Assembly (NCBI GenBank): GCA_002633005.1
Contig: NMRA01000002.1
Location: 1,453,919 to 1,517,918, forward strand
Source of the DNA: Phoronis australis
Lineage: Eukaryota; Animalia; Phoronida
Direction: 5' to 3'
Length of the DNA stretch: 64,000 bases
Below the pieces are notes generated by a model. It had not been told where the DNA came from, ran no database searches, and saw only the letters and a list, made by a program, of their open reading frames with translations. Made by a program: the position numbers and the translations under genes. Numbering within the stretch: the first letter of the stretch is position 1; every line of letters starts with the position of its first letter. Positions 39,214 through 52,561 of the stretch are shown one piece after another.

Positions 39214-39721
39214 AGGGCCTTTCGTACTAACATCGACGCGTGGATGGTTTGGGGAGTTGCGGTCAGTATGAACGCTTAACTCCGGTCCTGGATCGCAGTT
39301 AACAGCTCCAGTTACCATCGCAGTTAAGAGGTGGATTTAAGACCGCAGCGTCGACGCTGCGGTGCAGTATGAACGCTTAACTCCGGTCCAATCGAAGTTA
39401 TCACCAGGTGTCACTGTTATCGTCAACAGTTACAAGGCAGTGTGGTCACTAATAGCTGCTTATATTTTGCTTTAATAATGACCAATCGATTTAAAAATCA
39501 GTTTAATGTCACTTAGCACATGTAAATATTTCCAAATTTAAACATTGAAAAAAATCTTAGCGTGCAATGCTACCTTGCGATAACTTCGATGATGACAGCG
39601 GCATACAACCGCTTACTTTGATTTTCATTAACTACCGAAGCCAGTATGAACGGCCCACTTAAGTGTGCTGTTTATGTTGACACTCCGCTCAGACCGGAGT
39701 TAAGTCAATATGAAAGGGCCT
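39214..39721. mobile_element. PIF/Harbinger-type MITE
   Basis: TAA target duplication, TIR AGGGCCTTTCGTACTAAC / GTCAATATGAAAGGGCCT, internal repeats CAGTATGAACGCTTAACTCCGGTCC (x2) and a 22-bp perfect palindrome at 39342-39363. Confidence 0.85.
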
Positions 39722-42700
39722 TAACACAGCTAACACCCACAAGCTAACATTCTAGATAAGATGCTGGGAACATGGTAAAACCTCGCCAATTTTGGACAAT
39801 AATAATAACCAAATATCACTGTTTTCATTTCTCAAAGATTACTTTGTTGCGAATGCCCGCACTCAGAATTTCAATATCATAGCATGGAATAATTCGTTGA
39901 GCCTACACGTTTATGAAAAAAATAAGAACACCAACTTCCATTTGTTCGACATGTTACATTGGTTGTCATGAAACAATAAAATTTTAAAACAGAGACTGGT
40001 TTTACCAACAGGATCCAAGCACAGTCTCAAGCTAGAACAATCCTCTTGAGCGAAAACCATAAAATCACTAACATTCTTCATTGACCGTGATAACATGTCC
40101 ATTCAATCCACTTAAAAAGTCAAGTGTTTAACCAGATCTGTTGAAAATCACTTGAACACTTTGGTCCCTTTTATTCAAGCAGTTCTACTAAATCACACAC
40201 ACAAACACACCTACACTTTTGAGTAGTGGTACACCGCAGGTTACGAGATGCGACTTAAGTAAGTCATCAACAATTCTTCAATTCAAGTCAGTGAGCCACC
40301 AACACCAATACACACAACAATATACAGATCTAGTTTTACACAAACTTTTAAGGTGTTGTAAAAACTCAGTTAGGCCCTATTGTGAAAATTTATGAGGAAA
40401 CTAACAGAATAGTTGTAGTTCAACTCTCATGGCATTAAAACTGAAATGTTTGTCTCGGACCATTGCAATGTGTAGTGCACGGTTTACTGATCACTATTTT
40501 TTCATGTACTCAAATCCACATTATGACATCAGACATCAATTACCAATCAACTGAGTGTTAGCAGACTTACTTAATGACCACCATGTTCTCCTTATAGCTG
40601 CATACAGACCAGTAGCCTTTTTCTGGGATGTTGACAGTTCAGCTGCCAGCAAACACTATGAGCCACACTCTTGCATAAACTGACCCTTGACCCCTCTCCC
40701 AGCTGATCAGTGTGTGCTTTGATAAGGCAGCATAATATATGTTTCTGACCCCAGGGTTCATGGGACAACAGGGAATGAATTCACTTTAAAACACAGACAG
40801 AAAAACTACCATTGACATGCACCAGAACTGGTCTATCACAAATGGCAGTAAAAGTAAATCTATGTACTTCATACAAGATTACTTAATGTTACAACCACTG
40901 GTTTCTGAGTCAGCCGGAAACTGGATTGACTTTGACCTTTTCTTGAATGCAGCTTCAATCCATTAAGCGCCAACCAAGCCTTACTTCTTCAACAATTTGA
41001 ACATGTAGGCTATCACAACATTTTATGCTATATTACTAGTACTGTAAAGTCCTGGCACAGCACACCATAGCTTCTCTGATTCAGAACGTGCTAAAGATGT
41101 ATTTGCATGCTCCAAACTATGATAATGTATAGCAGGAACTAAACGGCAATGCTATTTGAACATCATCAACGCTAAACAAAGTGTAGTTGTATTCACTGAC
41201 AATTTGTAAATGTAAAAATAAAAAAACTGCAAATAGGTGACTTTTGCACTAATGATGCAACTTGGGGGCTTACATAGGCCGAATCAAGCAGTGTTATACC
41301 ACAGCACCACCATACGATACTTACTGAACACAGTTGAGTGATTTACAGCAGATCATTTTTGCCACAAACCTTGTTCATTTGGCAATTTTCAACCTACTTC
41401 ATACTCGCATCGTTGCTATATGTTGTGTTTCTAACTAATTTGACCAAGCAATCAGAGATAAGGAATAAGTGTGCAAGTTCCATTTGAAAGTGAAAATGCA
41501 ACATAATACAATTCAAGTCTTCAAAAATGCTGAAAACAATGATCAGGTGAAATCAACCCACAAAAATAATAGTGAAACTCTGGAATTCTTTGGTAACGAT
41601 ATTTGCTTTAATTTGAAGAATCCTTATTACAAACCCAACTCTTAACAAAGCACATTCTGTTGATATTCTGGCTCACTATTAACTATATACGCTGAGACTA
41701 GAGCTGAAATATTTTCCCAGTCTCCACTGAAACTAACCGACCCCTTCACTAATAACTTAAATATCACAAAATGACATGTAAGAAGTTATCAAATGCCACT
41801 AAAAGACATACAGTGCAATGCAGTTATCACAAAGCCACAGAATTCCAACATTTCTCATGTCCTGGCTGCAGTCAACTCACAGGATAAGGCAAACTACCAC
41901 TGAGTTCAGTACACAGAAAGAACATCCTAACTAAAGTCCAAACTCCAAAAGGTCCATGTATTTGGCCTGACAACAATAGACATTGAAATAAATGATAACA
42001 ATAGATCACACACTACTTCACTGATTCAATTAGCTTTAAACACAGATAAAATAAGTCAAACAAAATTAATTCCTTAGTCATTAACTGGCTATTACCCTAT
42101 AGATAAGGCTGGATTGTTACTTGGATGAATATTATGTCAAACAGTTCTGACCAAAGTGTGAACACAATACCATTTTTCCAGTCTGACCTAAATCTGAACA
42201 GAATGTCCCATTTTGTCAGTCCTCTTCACTTCAAAGGATTTATAAATCGAAAATTGGTCATGATCAAATCGCACAAAAAATGTTCAAATTTTGGGCAGAC
42301 TAGTAAAGTCCACCGACGTTACGAAGGCAAAAATCAAACCTCTACCACACACCAACGTATGGTATTATCCGTTTCTTCTTAAAATTTAACTTGAAAAAAA
42401 CTGTATATATCTCCCACATGCAGTAAATCTCATGAATTTCCAACAAAAATAATAGCCAAAATTTTCCTTTTTCATTTTTCCAAGGCTTCTAACTATGTTA
42501 AGAATGCCTGCAATTTCTTGGAATCATTGTCTGATGGTAGCTTTACACTATAGACCTATAAAACGATATAGCATTTATCCGGTGCTATTTACCTTTTATG
42601 AAAAAACGAAAATTAAATAAAATTTCACCAGTCGGCCATACTGTGATATGGACTCTAGATTTATTTCTGTGCCTTCATTGGTGCCCTAGACAGCATTCAT

Positions 42701-43835
42701 AGCATGAATCATAATCAGATTGTAAGAGAGCAAACATGACTTCATCAATAGAACATTCAGTATATGTGTAACTGGGGCAGTACATAGGGACTGATGCAGC
42801 TTTCCATGTGCATACATGACCATAGTTGTAAATACAAGGTGTAGTGATCAATCTCCTCATCAAGTACATGCCATTATGTCTAGTGATTACATGGTACTAC
42901 TGGAGATCCCATCTAGTAAATTACCTACCAAACAATAATTTTACAGTCTAGGCACAGTCAAAAAAGTTCTCCAGTTAGGTACTGCCGCTTAATTTGGAAC
43001 AGTGAAACGCAAGCCGAAAATGAATTTTCCTTATTCTGAAGACTGGGACAAGGGTAATATTAGACAAATTTATGGGATACTGCCCTTTTACCAACAGAGG
43101 CTGAAAATAGGCTTTTCAGTTTACAAACTAGCAGTTGACACCATGTTTTCATGTGTCCGCATAGCATATAACATTGAGTTGAATGATCGTGTGACGAAAA
43201 ATCACAATTCTTGAATTTCAGATGGCTAATATATCCTACTAAAATCTGGCAAATGTTCCAATCTTAAACAAAATACTTGATTTTCTCTGTCCCAAACTGG
43301 AGAATTTTCAGTGTTAAGTAAGGCCTGGATGAGACACAATGGGGGACTTTTCATATTAGCGCTCTCTACAGTAACGTGAGCACTAAAGTGACAAACGATT
43401 GACCCCGACTCAGATTTTGTGGACGGAAATTCAATTACTACATAGTGATTCATAAAAAGCTGAGGAATCAATTGCACTGTCAGTATCACCGACTGTTTGA
43501 TTAGTTAAAGTTCACTAATTTATTTTACATTTTTGACACCAGCTGGGATTGAAAATGTCCGCTTTCTCACTGGCTTCGTTGCGGATACATCTTCGCAGTG
43601 CAAAATGTATGGAACAGTACGTCCTTGCTCATCAAAAGGTATTTCAAAGTGTTTGCCTTTTATTTGTAAGGCATTGGTACATCTAGTAATGGAACTTCGT
43701 TGTCGTTATAATAGCAGGAAAGGTGCTAAAGCAAACACTGTTTATACCAGTAGGTTAAAACCTCACGTCCGTATTACATGGGATCTGAAGGTGGCGCTGA
43801 ACGCCTGTCCACCACAGATCTGATCGCCGTCTGAT

Positions 43836-44224
43836 GGGTTAACCAATTTCAGTATAGCACAGCTATTTTGAAAGACCACTATTCGGTTCCCAAATTCCAA
43901 ACTCTCCTATTTGTGGAGGTAGAAACACACGTATTACTGACCTAGTTTTCAAAAAAGCCACTAACACACTTCCAAGCTGACTTCAACAAATACTGTAAAG
44001 AAAAATTCATCGCTCCCGACTCGTCTAATCCCCAACCCCAGTTTTGTTGTAACACACTGTGCAACAGTAAAACATTCTTGGAATCATGACTATACATGTA
44101 AAATAGCGATTACGACACCTGCGGGTTGAGTGCCCTAATAACACGCAGCATTACGGGTAAATACCCAAAACCAGAGAAGGCATTGCAGTAGTTTACAAAA
44201 CACTAACAAGAGCAACGCAGTGTT
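43836..44224 (+). repeat. ~390-bp segment duplicated at 62198-62584
   Basis: TTAACCAATTTCA...TTTTGAAAGACCACTATTC through CTAACAAGAGCAACGCAGTGTTA is nearly identical at both loci. Confidence 0.9.
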
Positions 44225-47200
44225 AGATGACGCAAGTGAAGCAAGGAGACCTTCCCCTAGATATGCCTGCATTCAGATACGTAACCAAGGGTGATCGCTT
44301 ATCACATGAATACTCCCATGCTGACCAACTACTTTCTTCTTCTCAATTTATTCCGATGTCAAAGAGACCTTTATTCATTAGCACCACCTAGTGACACAAC
44401 CATTAAACTAAGCTGGCCATTATGATAACGTAACTGAAAAGTGCCTGGTGCTGGCACGCATCTCAGCCATGCAACACAATGTCAAGCGCAATCAAAACCT
44501 CTGCCAAACAATGTTAACGATAATCAACAAAATATGAAAAACTAAAATGGCCAACAAAGGCGTTGTAGCACACACACTTCTCTCCACATAGGCACACCAA
44601 CAGCGAAACTCCTATTTGTTACCAAATATGAACATTTTAAATAAAAGTTGGGCAATTTATCCACACAATCACACACTCACATATATAATATATATCTAGG
44701 TAGACGACACTTTCTGGCCGCTGTGCCGTGCCAGTGCCGTTACATAGCTGCCAGTGCAGTTACATAGCGCAGCTGACACATGTATAGGTAAGAAATAGGC
44801 CTATACGAACAGACAAACACAAGTTGACATTTCCTGTCCACGTAGTGTTCAGAATCAATAGTCAGGAAGTAGACCAGTGTTGTCTAATGCTATACACATG
44901 CAACACTAAGTGCAGCAAGGAATCACATGTGAGCTCCCTGTTTCATTGGGTTGGGTTATAAATAACGTCAAATGAAAATAATTAGTCAACACTCATTTTA
45001 GCATGAAAATGTCACCAACATAGGACACAACAACGCGGACAAGTGAAATTTTATTTTCTCATTTTTCATAAAAGATACGGAGCTTCAATTCAAACTAATG
45101 CTTTACCATGCTCAAGTTCTGTGCCATAACTACCACCAGACAAACTTTTGAAAAACCGTGGCCATTAACAATGTTAGAACACCTTAAAAAATTAAAAAAG
45201 TACTTTTGGCAATTATTTTTGTCTGAAATTCCCGAGATTTTACTGTGACAACATAGAAACTGTTGCAAATTATATCATTTATATTTCGAGAAAATTCTAC
45301 AGACAAAATACGAACAAAGGTCACCCTGTTCTAACATTTTTTACCAGAAAGAAACACTGAAACCTATAGCACCAAACTTCATTCTTCAACAGGGCACAAA
45401 CACACAAAACAGTGCGAGGACACTGAAGCCAAAATTTCAATGCTGTAATCACGTACAACAACACGTAGACCAGTTCTATAATATAAGGGGCACACACACT
45501 TCAGGATTACGGAAAAAAGGAACACCACCAGTTTTGAAGGCCTTTTAGGCTCAATTTGGCATGTTTTATTCACTAACAAGATATTTTGAAGCTTTTTAGT
45601 AAATTTCTGTAAAAATGAAGTTAATCAAATAACAGTTCTTGAAACTGAAAGTTACAAAAATGACAGAAGGTCCAAACAACCCTAGTTCTTTAGCTTTCCA
45701 TTCTGACAGTTCACGAGTCGAGACACCCACAAGGGGAAAATCAACAATTGGTTGGACTTCAAACCACTTGCCTGGACATCAAAACCAGTCCGCTGGACTG
45801 CAAAACCAAATGGCCGGTGATCAAACGTGTTGTCCAGACTTCAAAGCGATGGTATCACTCAAAAGACTAGTTGGTTGGACCCAAAACACGGTGGCCGGTA
45901 CTATAACTAGTTGGTCGGTGATAAAACACGAAGGCCGGACTTACCATACTCAACGTCTCGCTTTGAATGTCTTGAATGATTCAAGTGACGTCAAAATTCC
46001 ATTTAATACCTTTCTAATATAAGTGCACTATCTAATTTTGTTGAACATTTTTCTGGTTCATTTCAAGTTAATACATTGCTCCACATAATGAAATTGTTAT
46101 TAACACAAACAATCTTCAGGGCTTGCAGATCGCCAATGGGACCTCAGATTTTGTTTGGCAACCTAATGAAAACCTCAAGACACCAAAAAGTTCCCAGACT
46201 ATTGTGAGTTGGAGAAATCAGGCAATCAAGAATTCATCTGTAATTCACTTCAAAATTTGTGGTTACCTCCAAATTTTAAAATTTACAAAAATGTTCCTTA
46301 TTCAATACCTTTGCTTCAGAGTTGTTCTAATTATTTCGCGAAATCAGTACTATCACATATCCAAGTACACATAACAGCAACAGGAAGTAATCAACGGGAG
46401 TTGAAGTTGTTCGGCAAAAACCCGTAGGGCTTGACCATGACACATGCACAAATAAAGTTTTGTGAACATCTGCTTCAGGTAGCAGCACAACAAAGAGGGC
46501 AAAAGATCTGCCGCAACACCCAAAAATGCCACAATACTTTTTCAAGGTATTTCTACTTCTAAGTGAATAAAATGCCCTACTGGTGCTTCCAGGAGTATCG
46601 CATTTTAAAAACCAGTTTTCTCCACTGAATAACAGGCATCAAACTCGTTCTCAAAATCCAGGATCCTTATAAGTAACTATTATTGCAGTTTTTGTTTAGT
46701 CCAACACGTCAACTAGTAAGTACCGTGCCACCGCACACAACCTTTCCACTTTTGGTGAGCTTATTTCCCATTTGAGGACCTGGGAACAGTCCAAGTCGCA
46801 TCTGGCCAGCTGACGTTATCCTCAGCAACTTACGGTACTACACAATGCGCCTTCAAAATAAATTACATAAAACTATTCCAAATTAAAGAGAATTCTATTA
46901 AGAAATAATTTTAACAGTGGAATTTCCAGTGGTGCACTTTCAAATTGATGGCCACAACTGAACAACACAATCGTACCAATGAGAGTACTTAAAAAGGAAA
47001 AATGTACTATCACAGACAGATAAGCTGCCACTAAGTTGTAGATTATACAATACTGTGAACAGTGCAAAGCACTTAACTTTTACTCTCACCAATTCTGGTA
47101 TATATGTTCAAGACTAATTCTACATCAACTGTAGGGCATCTCTGAAATCTGAAAAAGGCGAGTCTTAACGGATTTCTTTCACATATTTTCAAGCTTCTGT

Positions 47201-47431
47201 TTACGCAAAATGGCTCAATTTCAACACCTTTATAATTACAAATGAACCTCGTTCTTATTCTATGTCAATTTTTGGAAACATAAAAGTCACTGAAAATGGT
47301 AATTCTGTCTCCAAAAATTAGTCTACAGCATACATATTTATGTCTGCAAAAGGTTGAGAAGGGGGTTGAGGTTTAAGATCGTCCCTATAGCAATCTGGAA
47401 GCTCGCCATTCCAATTGCCTACAGAATTCTG

Positions 47432-47832
47432 GGCCCAGTCTCTAATCTTTATACTCGAAATGAACTCGAAATTATTTTTGTCAATTTCTCTGCTCCTTTT
47501 GTGTGAACTTAAGACAATTGGTTATCAGAGTGTGCTCGAATACATTATAGTTTATGCATAGGAGTTTCTAGTTCAAGTTTGCCCTTGAAGACCCTTATAT
47601 TCGTGCTCCAAACTCGATAAAAAACTCGAAATTTCGAGTTCAAACTCGAACTTATTGCTTTAATATTGGGTTTACAAACTTTGAACTAAGGGCAATAAAT
47701 TATCTACGTAAGTTATTGCGTACTCGAGCATAGAATAATAGATACTTATCTTGAGTTCGCCCAAAAGTAGAGTAGAAAATGCCAAACCTAATTTCGAGTT
47801 CCATTTCGAGTAAAAACATTGGAGACCGGGAC
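47432..47832. mobile_element. PIF/Harbinger-type MITE
   Basis: ~40-bp TIR GGCCCAGTCTCTAATCTTTATACTCGAAATGAACTCGAAATT / AATTTCGAGTTCCATTTCGAGTAAAAACATTGGAGACCGGGAC, flanked by CTG and CAG; empty site GAATTCTGGTCTC in copy B near 54502-54514. Confidence 0.85.
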
Positions 47833-50357
47833 CAGGTCTCTATAGAAAGTATGCCATTGTGAACCGACAAACAAATTAAAACGAATCTTATAGGCAAGCC
47901 TATAAGATAGAAATACATAAATTCATCAAAATCTATAGTCGACTATCTAGTTTTATAATTGCCTATACAAACTTATAGCTCAGGTTATAGAATATAACAG
48001 GTAAGCATAATAATTGCAAAGTGAAAAAGCTTGACTTGGATCTAGGCCACAATGCAAGGGGCACAAATGCCAGCGTTTTTTCCTGTTTTCAGTTGTGCCC
48101 GTAAAATTGAACTGGGGAAACGGGTAAATCTCGAATTTACATAGATATAAAAAGCCATTTTGTAAAAAACTTGGAGAAGCCCAAATTTCAGAAGAGTTAC
48201 CAGAACCTTTAATACCTTACAGTGCTCCCACCATACTGTAGTTCTTTCCTAATGTGAAGCTTTTGAGACAGCGCTTTAATTGAAGTCCTCTGTTGATGTA
48301 TTGATGCTTTATAGGAATAAATAGCTTAACAAAGTCCATGACCATACTGCTTGTGTGATAAGTATTAAAAGCATTGAATCGGTACCAAAAGGCCAAAATG
48401 TCCTAATTTGCTAAAGAAATGACGTATCTCCAAGGACTTCAAACTTGAAGCATAGGTTTTCAAACTCGACGTAAGTAACCCAAACACGCCACGACAAAAT
48501 TCAAGCTCCATGCTGTGACGAGACGAAACAAAAACACAATAAATACCACTACTTCAGAAATTCCGAACACAACACATGCGAACTGTAGGTGGAAATGAAC
48601 ATTTGTCAAACAGATATTCATATGCCAATCCAGTCAAGCAGCATATTTATTTCAATAACTTGTCCCTAAGACAGGAACCATAACTAAAAAATGGTCAATT
48701 ATGACCTGTACAGGGCACAAGGCCAGGCATTGACATTTACTTCTTAAGTCAATGCTAGCATGTACTATCTTACTTAGATCAGGTCAAATTATCTCCACAT
48801 GCAGCATTTTAAGAAAAAAAGCAATTGACGTTATCTTGTTATATCAGGCATCGTTTCTGCTTTTGAGAACTGGGCTTCATTTCATCTGCCTGCCCTTTTT
48901 GTGAATTGTCTCTTTGCAATACTACTTTTCAACAGACTCAAAAAATGTTGTCAATTTCTACATGTTTTAGACAAGCCACAAGATGGGATGGACCTGGTGA
49001 CAGCAGACACAGGCTAATTAGACCTCAGCAAGAGAATATTAACGAATTAATCAGGAATGGTATGAGGTGGCAGTGGCTCTCAATAATTTTTGAACCATGG
49101 TTGAATTAACTATTCCCAAATTTCATTAAAAATTGGGACCTTCCAAGTTAACTGGGCAGTTTGAGTTTTGTGTTGCGTGTGTAGACTATGAAAGGCATTT
49201 GCTTGATTTTTGACTCTGTTCTGACTCAGTAAACTGTTCATATTTTAAGGTTTTGTACACCCGGTTATAGAACACAGAGGTACAGCTGTCTACACCTGGT
49301 TTTTTAAACCCAAAACCAGCACAAAAAAATGAGATGCCACCTAAACAATTTCCCAACAGCAATTTGGAAGATTTCGTTTACTGTGGTGCTATTCCTTTTC
49401 AAACTCATAATGGGACAAATTTGTCAGATCATAAACATTACATGACATCACAGAAAACTTGAGGTGAACAATATGATGGAACACAATACTCGCCACTTGA
49501 GCTCTCTCCGCAATAGACAGCAAGGGTCCACTACAGCATCCATTTTGGTGTGAGTGCAGCAATCATATCAGAGTAAAAACTTGAAGGGGGATACAAAAGA
49601 AAGAATAGAGACTTTTAGCAAAACTTTTTGGGAGAATTCCACAAGCACATACGATTATTGAAGTTAAATCTGATGATCTCAAACACCAGGCCTGCATTCT
49701 GTAGACTCAAGAGACTTGGGGACAATGTAGAGTAACCAGGACTTCACAAGATATCACCAAGCATTACTACCACAGCATTTGATCACACCTAGCTTCACTC
49801 AATAAATTCTTGCAGTTACAGAATGTATTCCTAGTTAACCCTAGTCTTTCAGTTTTTAGTGATGTCACCGGATGTTTATAAGCAGACAAACATCCCACAA
49901 TGCAATTGAAAAACAGCCATCAGTGCCACTAGAGAGCAACTCTTGCTGAAATGAATGTCACAATACTTGCACGGGGCTAGTGCGAGTTTCTGAGTAACAA
50001 ATAATATTTGAAAAAGCCATCACTTGTATTTATTCAAAAATACGAAAGAAGGAAAAATGCCCATTCTAGAAGGCAGAAGCTGCTTCTATAATTTTTAGAA
50101 AGAAGTTGTGAAATTTTGAATGAATGAAAAGATGAAATTTTAAAAGATGTTCAACACCAGAAGGAAGTTCCATGGTAGAATAATGAGTTTTAGTAATATG
50201 TCATGTTCCTTCCATGTTACATAATAACTCGTAAAACTACCAAGTAATTAAACTAAATTTCAAATAACATGAACATGAACATGCGGCTATTATTTAATAC
50301 CCGGTAGTTTTAATTTAACACCACCACTCTAATTTCAAACACCGCCATACTGAAGTC

Positions 50358-50429
50358 TATAAAACCAACATTGACTTCTGAATAAACTGACAGAAAAGAC
50401 TTCCGACTTCACTGAAATTTCTCCTGCTG
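50358..50429 (+). promoter_or_regulatory. TATA box and putative non-coding first exon of peptide gene copy 1
   Basis: TATAAAA at 50358-50364; splice donor CTG|GTCAGT at 50430; acceptor TTCAAG| at 50816 just before the ATG. Confidence 0.6.
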
Positions 50430-50822
50430 GTCAGTATCCTAAAGTTTTGCTACGTATTTGTGTTCACAAAAATTTTGACACATCCTGGCAATCCTTCATT
50501 TAAAGGCAGATTACTGGTTTCAAGAAATTGTGAGCTTTGACCAATAAAAACAAAATTGGTTGTTTTTGTAATTTCACTACAAATCACCAATTTTCGCTGT
50601 TGTCTACCACCCATTTGCTGAAGTTTTACATTTAACATAGTCCCCTATTTAGGGGAAGTGAGTTAGCTCAGCTAATGGGTTCGAAACCAAGCTACTGCTG
50701 ACTTCTGCTAAAACATTTTTCTCATTGACAATGTTCCTTTAATCTATCATGTATAGCATACTGTCATTAAGATATTTTGTATGTTGCGATAACACCATTT
50801 CTACTTTGTTTTCAAGGTAACC

Positions 50823-52121
50823 ATGAAGAACGCTGCAGTTTTCCTCACTTTGGTAATCACAGCAGTGGCGACTATAACGTAAGTATTTCTAAGCAATTTG
50901 ACACACTTTAATTTAAACCTCATTTTTTAAATTTTCGCATTGTATATTTCAATCTTTGCATAATTACAAATCTGCAAAACTTGTGGGGCTCACCAAATTG
51001 ATATTCCTTTCAGCCTCAGAAACAGAGGCACCTCTGGCAAGAGTGTGAAATCTACCTAAGTTACTAAAAAGCTACCTTTAATTGAAAACATTTATTTCGT
51101 AGCACGATATCAGTTTTACATTATAAGGTCTTTAATAACATTTCCTGGTTTTCTGATTCCCCTTTGTAAGCATAAGAGAACGATTTTTTGGGAACCACAC
51201 ATTTTAGAATTTTTTGTAGTGTCAATTTTTCGGTTGTTTTATTTTAATGACCCTAGCGTTATAAGTAAAAGACCAAATGGTCACCAAGTTGAGTAATTTT
51301 AGTTTAAACAGCATCCCCAAAAGAATGCACAATTCGACCTCAAGAGCACGCCAAACCACTTTAGTTAAAAATTCATCACCGATAGAAAAAATGTTGAAAT
51401 GAGCTTTGGGGGCTTAGAAACATGACCACACTCATCCCATCAAGAATCGATGAATTAATGCCAAATGAGTAGGCAACTTGAGTCACAGGCAACGCATGCA
51501 TGGGCCATTTTCAAACCAGCAATTTTAGGGTAGACCAACCCCAATTAACTCTGCAGTTTTCTTGAGTGGCTGATGGTTTTAATATTATTTTATAGTTTAA
51601 TATAGTTTAATATAGTTTAATATAGTTTTAATATTATTTTATAGTTTAATAAGTTTTAATATAGTTTTAATATTATTTTTGGTAATGGAAATAGAACACT
51701 ATCACAGCAAGGAGCATTATGACACCGATTTTATTACTAGAGTGAAAAAAGGCCAACTCGATTTTCGCATTTTGGCGAGTAACACAAGCGTGAAATGCTG
51801 CTTAAATAAATTCAAGTGAAACTTAAAGATGTCAGACCAAAGCATATTTCTTTTCAACATAGTGTCGTCCGCGCTTTTACTGCTGGATCTGGCAATCTTG
51901 GTGGCGCAAAAATTGCTCGGAGTGCAGAAGCCGACATGGATTCACAGATCAGTTCTCTCGATGCTTTTGGTAATATTGGTGGCGCAAGAATTGCAAGGAG
52001 TGCAGAAGCCGACATGGATTCACAGATTAGTTCTCTCGATGCTTTTGGTAATATTGGTGGGGCAAGAATTGCTCGGAGTGCAGACGCCGACATGGATTCA
52101 CAGATCAGTTCTCTCGAATGA
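50823..52121 (+). CDS. Secreted multi-repeat peptide precursor, copy 1 (104 aa, unassigned family)
   Basis: Coding exons 50823-50878 (ends AC|GTAAGT) and 51863-52121 (starts CATAG|T) join in phase 2 to give MKNAAVFLTLVITAVATITVVRA-FTAGSGNLGGAKIAR-(SAEADMDSQISSLDAFGNIGGARIAR)x2-SADADMDSQISSLE*. Hydrophobic signal-like N-terminus; differences between the two full repeats are all synonymous. Confidence 0.85.
51576..51680 (+). repeat. AT-rich intronic satellite in peptide gene copy 1
   Basis: TATAGTTT(T)AA / TTTTAATATTATT units; a longer version lies at 60425-60593 in copy 2. Confidence 0.85.
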
Positions 52122-52561
52122 GACAGTCTGAGCATCAAACATGAGAAGAGGTCAGTCAAATTTTGTTTGGTACGGTTTAAAAGCACCACTTGTGACTGTG
52201 AGTTTATGCTTCTCAATAGGTCTACTCATGTCCAATGTGAGTCCAAACATAGACTAGGAACATCCATCAGTTTAAATGGAACAATACCTTATATTCTGAA
52301 AGACTTATTAACACTTTTTTCTCCAATGTTGGCAAATGATTTATATTTTTATGAGAATGGTGATTTATTGTCAAAGACCAGATGTCTTGAAGTGGTTTGC
52401 CTTTTAACTTTAGTTATTGTAGTAGTCATTGCTGCCACTTCTAAACCACTATGTACTGAGCAAGCGGTTGTTGCATATAATGATGCTATAATGCATACAA
52501 AGGTGTGCTGTCGGGTTTTAATTTATTTCACCTATTTTTAATACATATTTTTGATTTTCAG

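Noticed and set aside
35899-45600. Scattered 60-120 aa ORFs between PI4KB and the duplication
   Set aside because: No recognisable motifs or consistent splice chain; lengths are compatible with chance ORFs using alternative starts.
50655-50700. tRNA-like A/B-box motifs (TAGCTCAG..GGTTCGAAACC); also ~59515-59540
   Set aside because: Boxes are too close together with no cloverleaf; at most a collapsed SINE remnant.
51014-51045. Possible extra exon in the peptide gene intron (TTTCAG|CCTCAGAAAC...)
   Set aside because: No convincing donor; direct joining of the flanking exons already gives a clean signal peptide in phase.
51863-52121. CRISPR-like array
   Set aside because: Units are contiguous 78-bp coding repeats without unique spacers; eukaryotic context and no cas genes.
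51829-52131. Hydrophobic +1-frame ORF (VLSMLLVILVGQELLGVQKPTWIHR repeats) resembling a multi-pass membrane peptide; also 60766-61065
   Set aside because: Splice phase from the signal exon selects the other frame, and unit differences are non-synonymous here; it is a by-product of a stop-free repeat.
51854-52216. Antisense repeat ORFs (also 60725-61228)
   Set aside because: Shadow of the sense repeat; no independent promoter or splice support.
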